A program made the position numbers and the translations under genes. A DNA stretch of 64,000 nucleotides, taken from NCBI GenBank assembly GCA_951406725.2, contig OX597824.1, forward strand, positions 32,488,001-32,552,000. Direction: 5' to 3'. The notes under the pieces were generated by a model. It worked only from the letters and a program-made list of their open reading frames with translations, ran no database searches and was not told the origin of the DNA. Shown here in pieces: positions 63,926 to 64,000 of this stretch (its first letter is position 1; the number at the start of each line of letters is the position of its first letter). The stretch comes from Octopus vulgaris. Lineage: Eukaryota.

Positions 63926-64000
63926 CTTGTGATCCTCCGTCACCCCCTTCATTTGTTGGTGGTTCCAGAATGTAACCATAGGCCATTAACGTCTTGACAG
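63926..64000 (-). CDS. RyR: RyR exon (5' truncated by window edge), end of Repeat1-2: VKTLMAYGYILEPPTNEGGDGGSQ
   Basis: Matches the RyR motif VRTLLGYGY.IEPP; donor AAG|GTATTT; ends phase 1. Confidence 0.9.

Larger units (their letters stand above)
888..64000 (-). other. RyR: Ryanodine receptor gene, internal portion (27 traced exons, about 1313 codons; gene extends beyond both window edges)
   Basis: Hand-spliced exons give one continuous frame with RyR hallmark motifs: YRAE..Y....[123 protein letters not shown]. All introns are GT-AG with matching phases. Confidence 0.97.

Overview
AT-rich, microsatellite- and SINE-dense eukaryotic intronic DNA. The repeat families and exon sequences suggest a coleoid cephalopod, probably Octopus (inference). 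The whole window lies inside one minus-strand gene, a ryanodine receptor (RyR). I traced 27 GT-AG exons by hand from 64000 down to 888. They are phase-consistent and join into one open frame of 3941 nt (about 1313 codons) covering the end of Repeat1-2, SPRY2, SPRY3 with a long divergent-region-2 (DR2) insert, the junctional solenoid and the start of the bridging solenoid. The gene continues past both window edges. The most interesting signal is in the 27.6-kb phase-1 intron (24563-52179), which splits DR2. It hides frame-preserving phase-1/phase-1 exon candidates that the ORF track does not show: 108 nt at 41374-41481, 57 nt at 30706-30762, and a 9-nt microexon candidate with a UGC motif at 38188-38196. 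There is also a weak alternative terminal exon candidate. The introns carry tRNA-derived SINEs, fragments of R4/Dong-like, RTE, CR1/L2 and Penelope-like retroelements, piggyBac-, hAT- and Tc1/pogo-type MITEs, Helitrons, long fold-back hairpins beside exons, and a hierarchical 105-bp minisatellite. No prokaryotic system or CRISPR array is supported.
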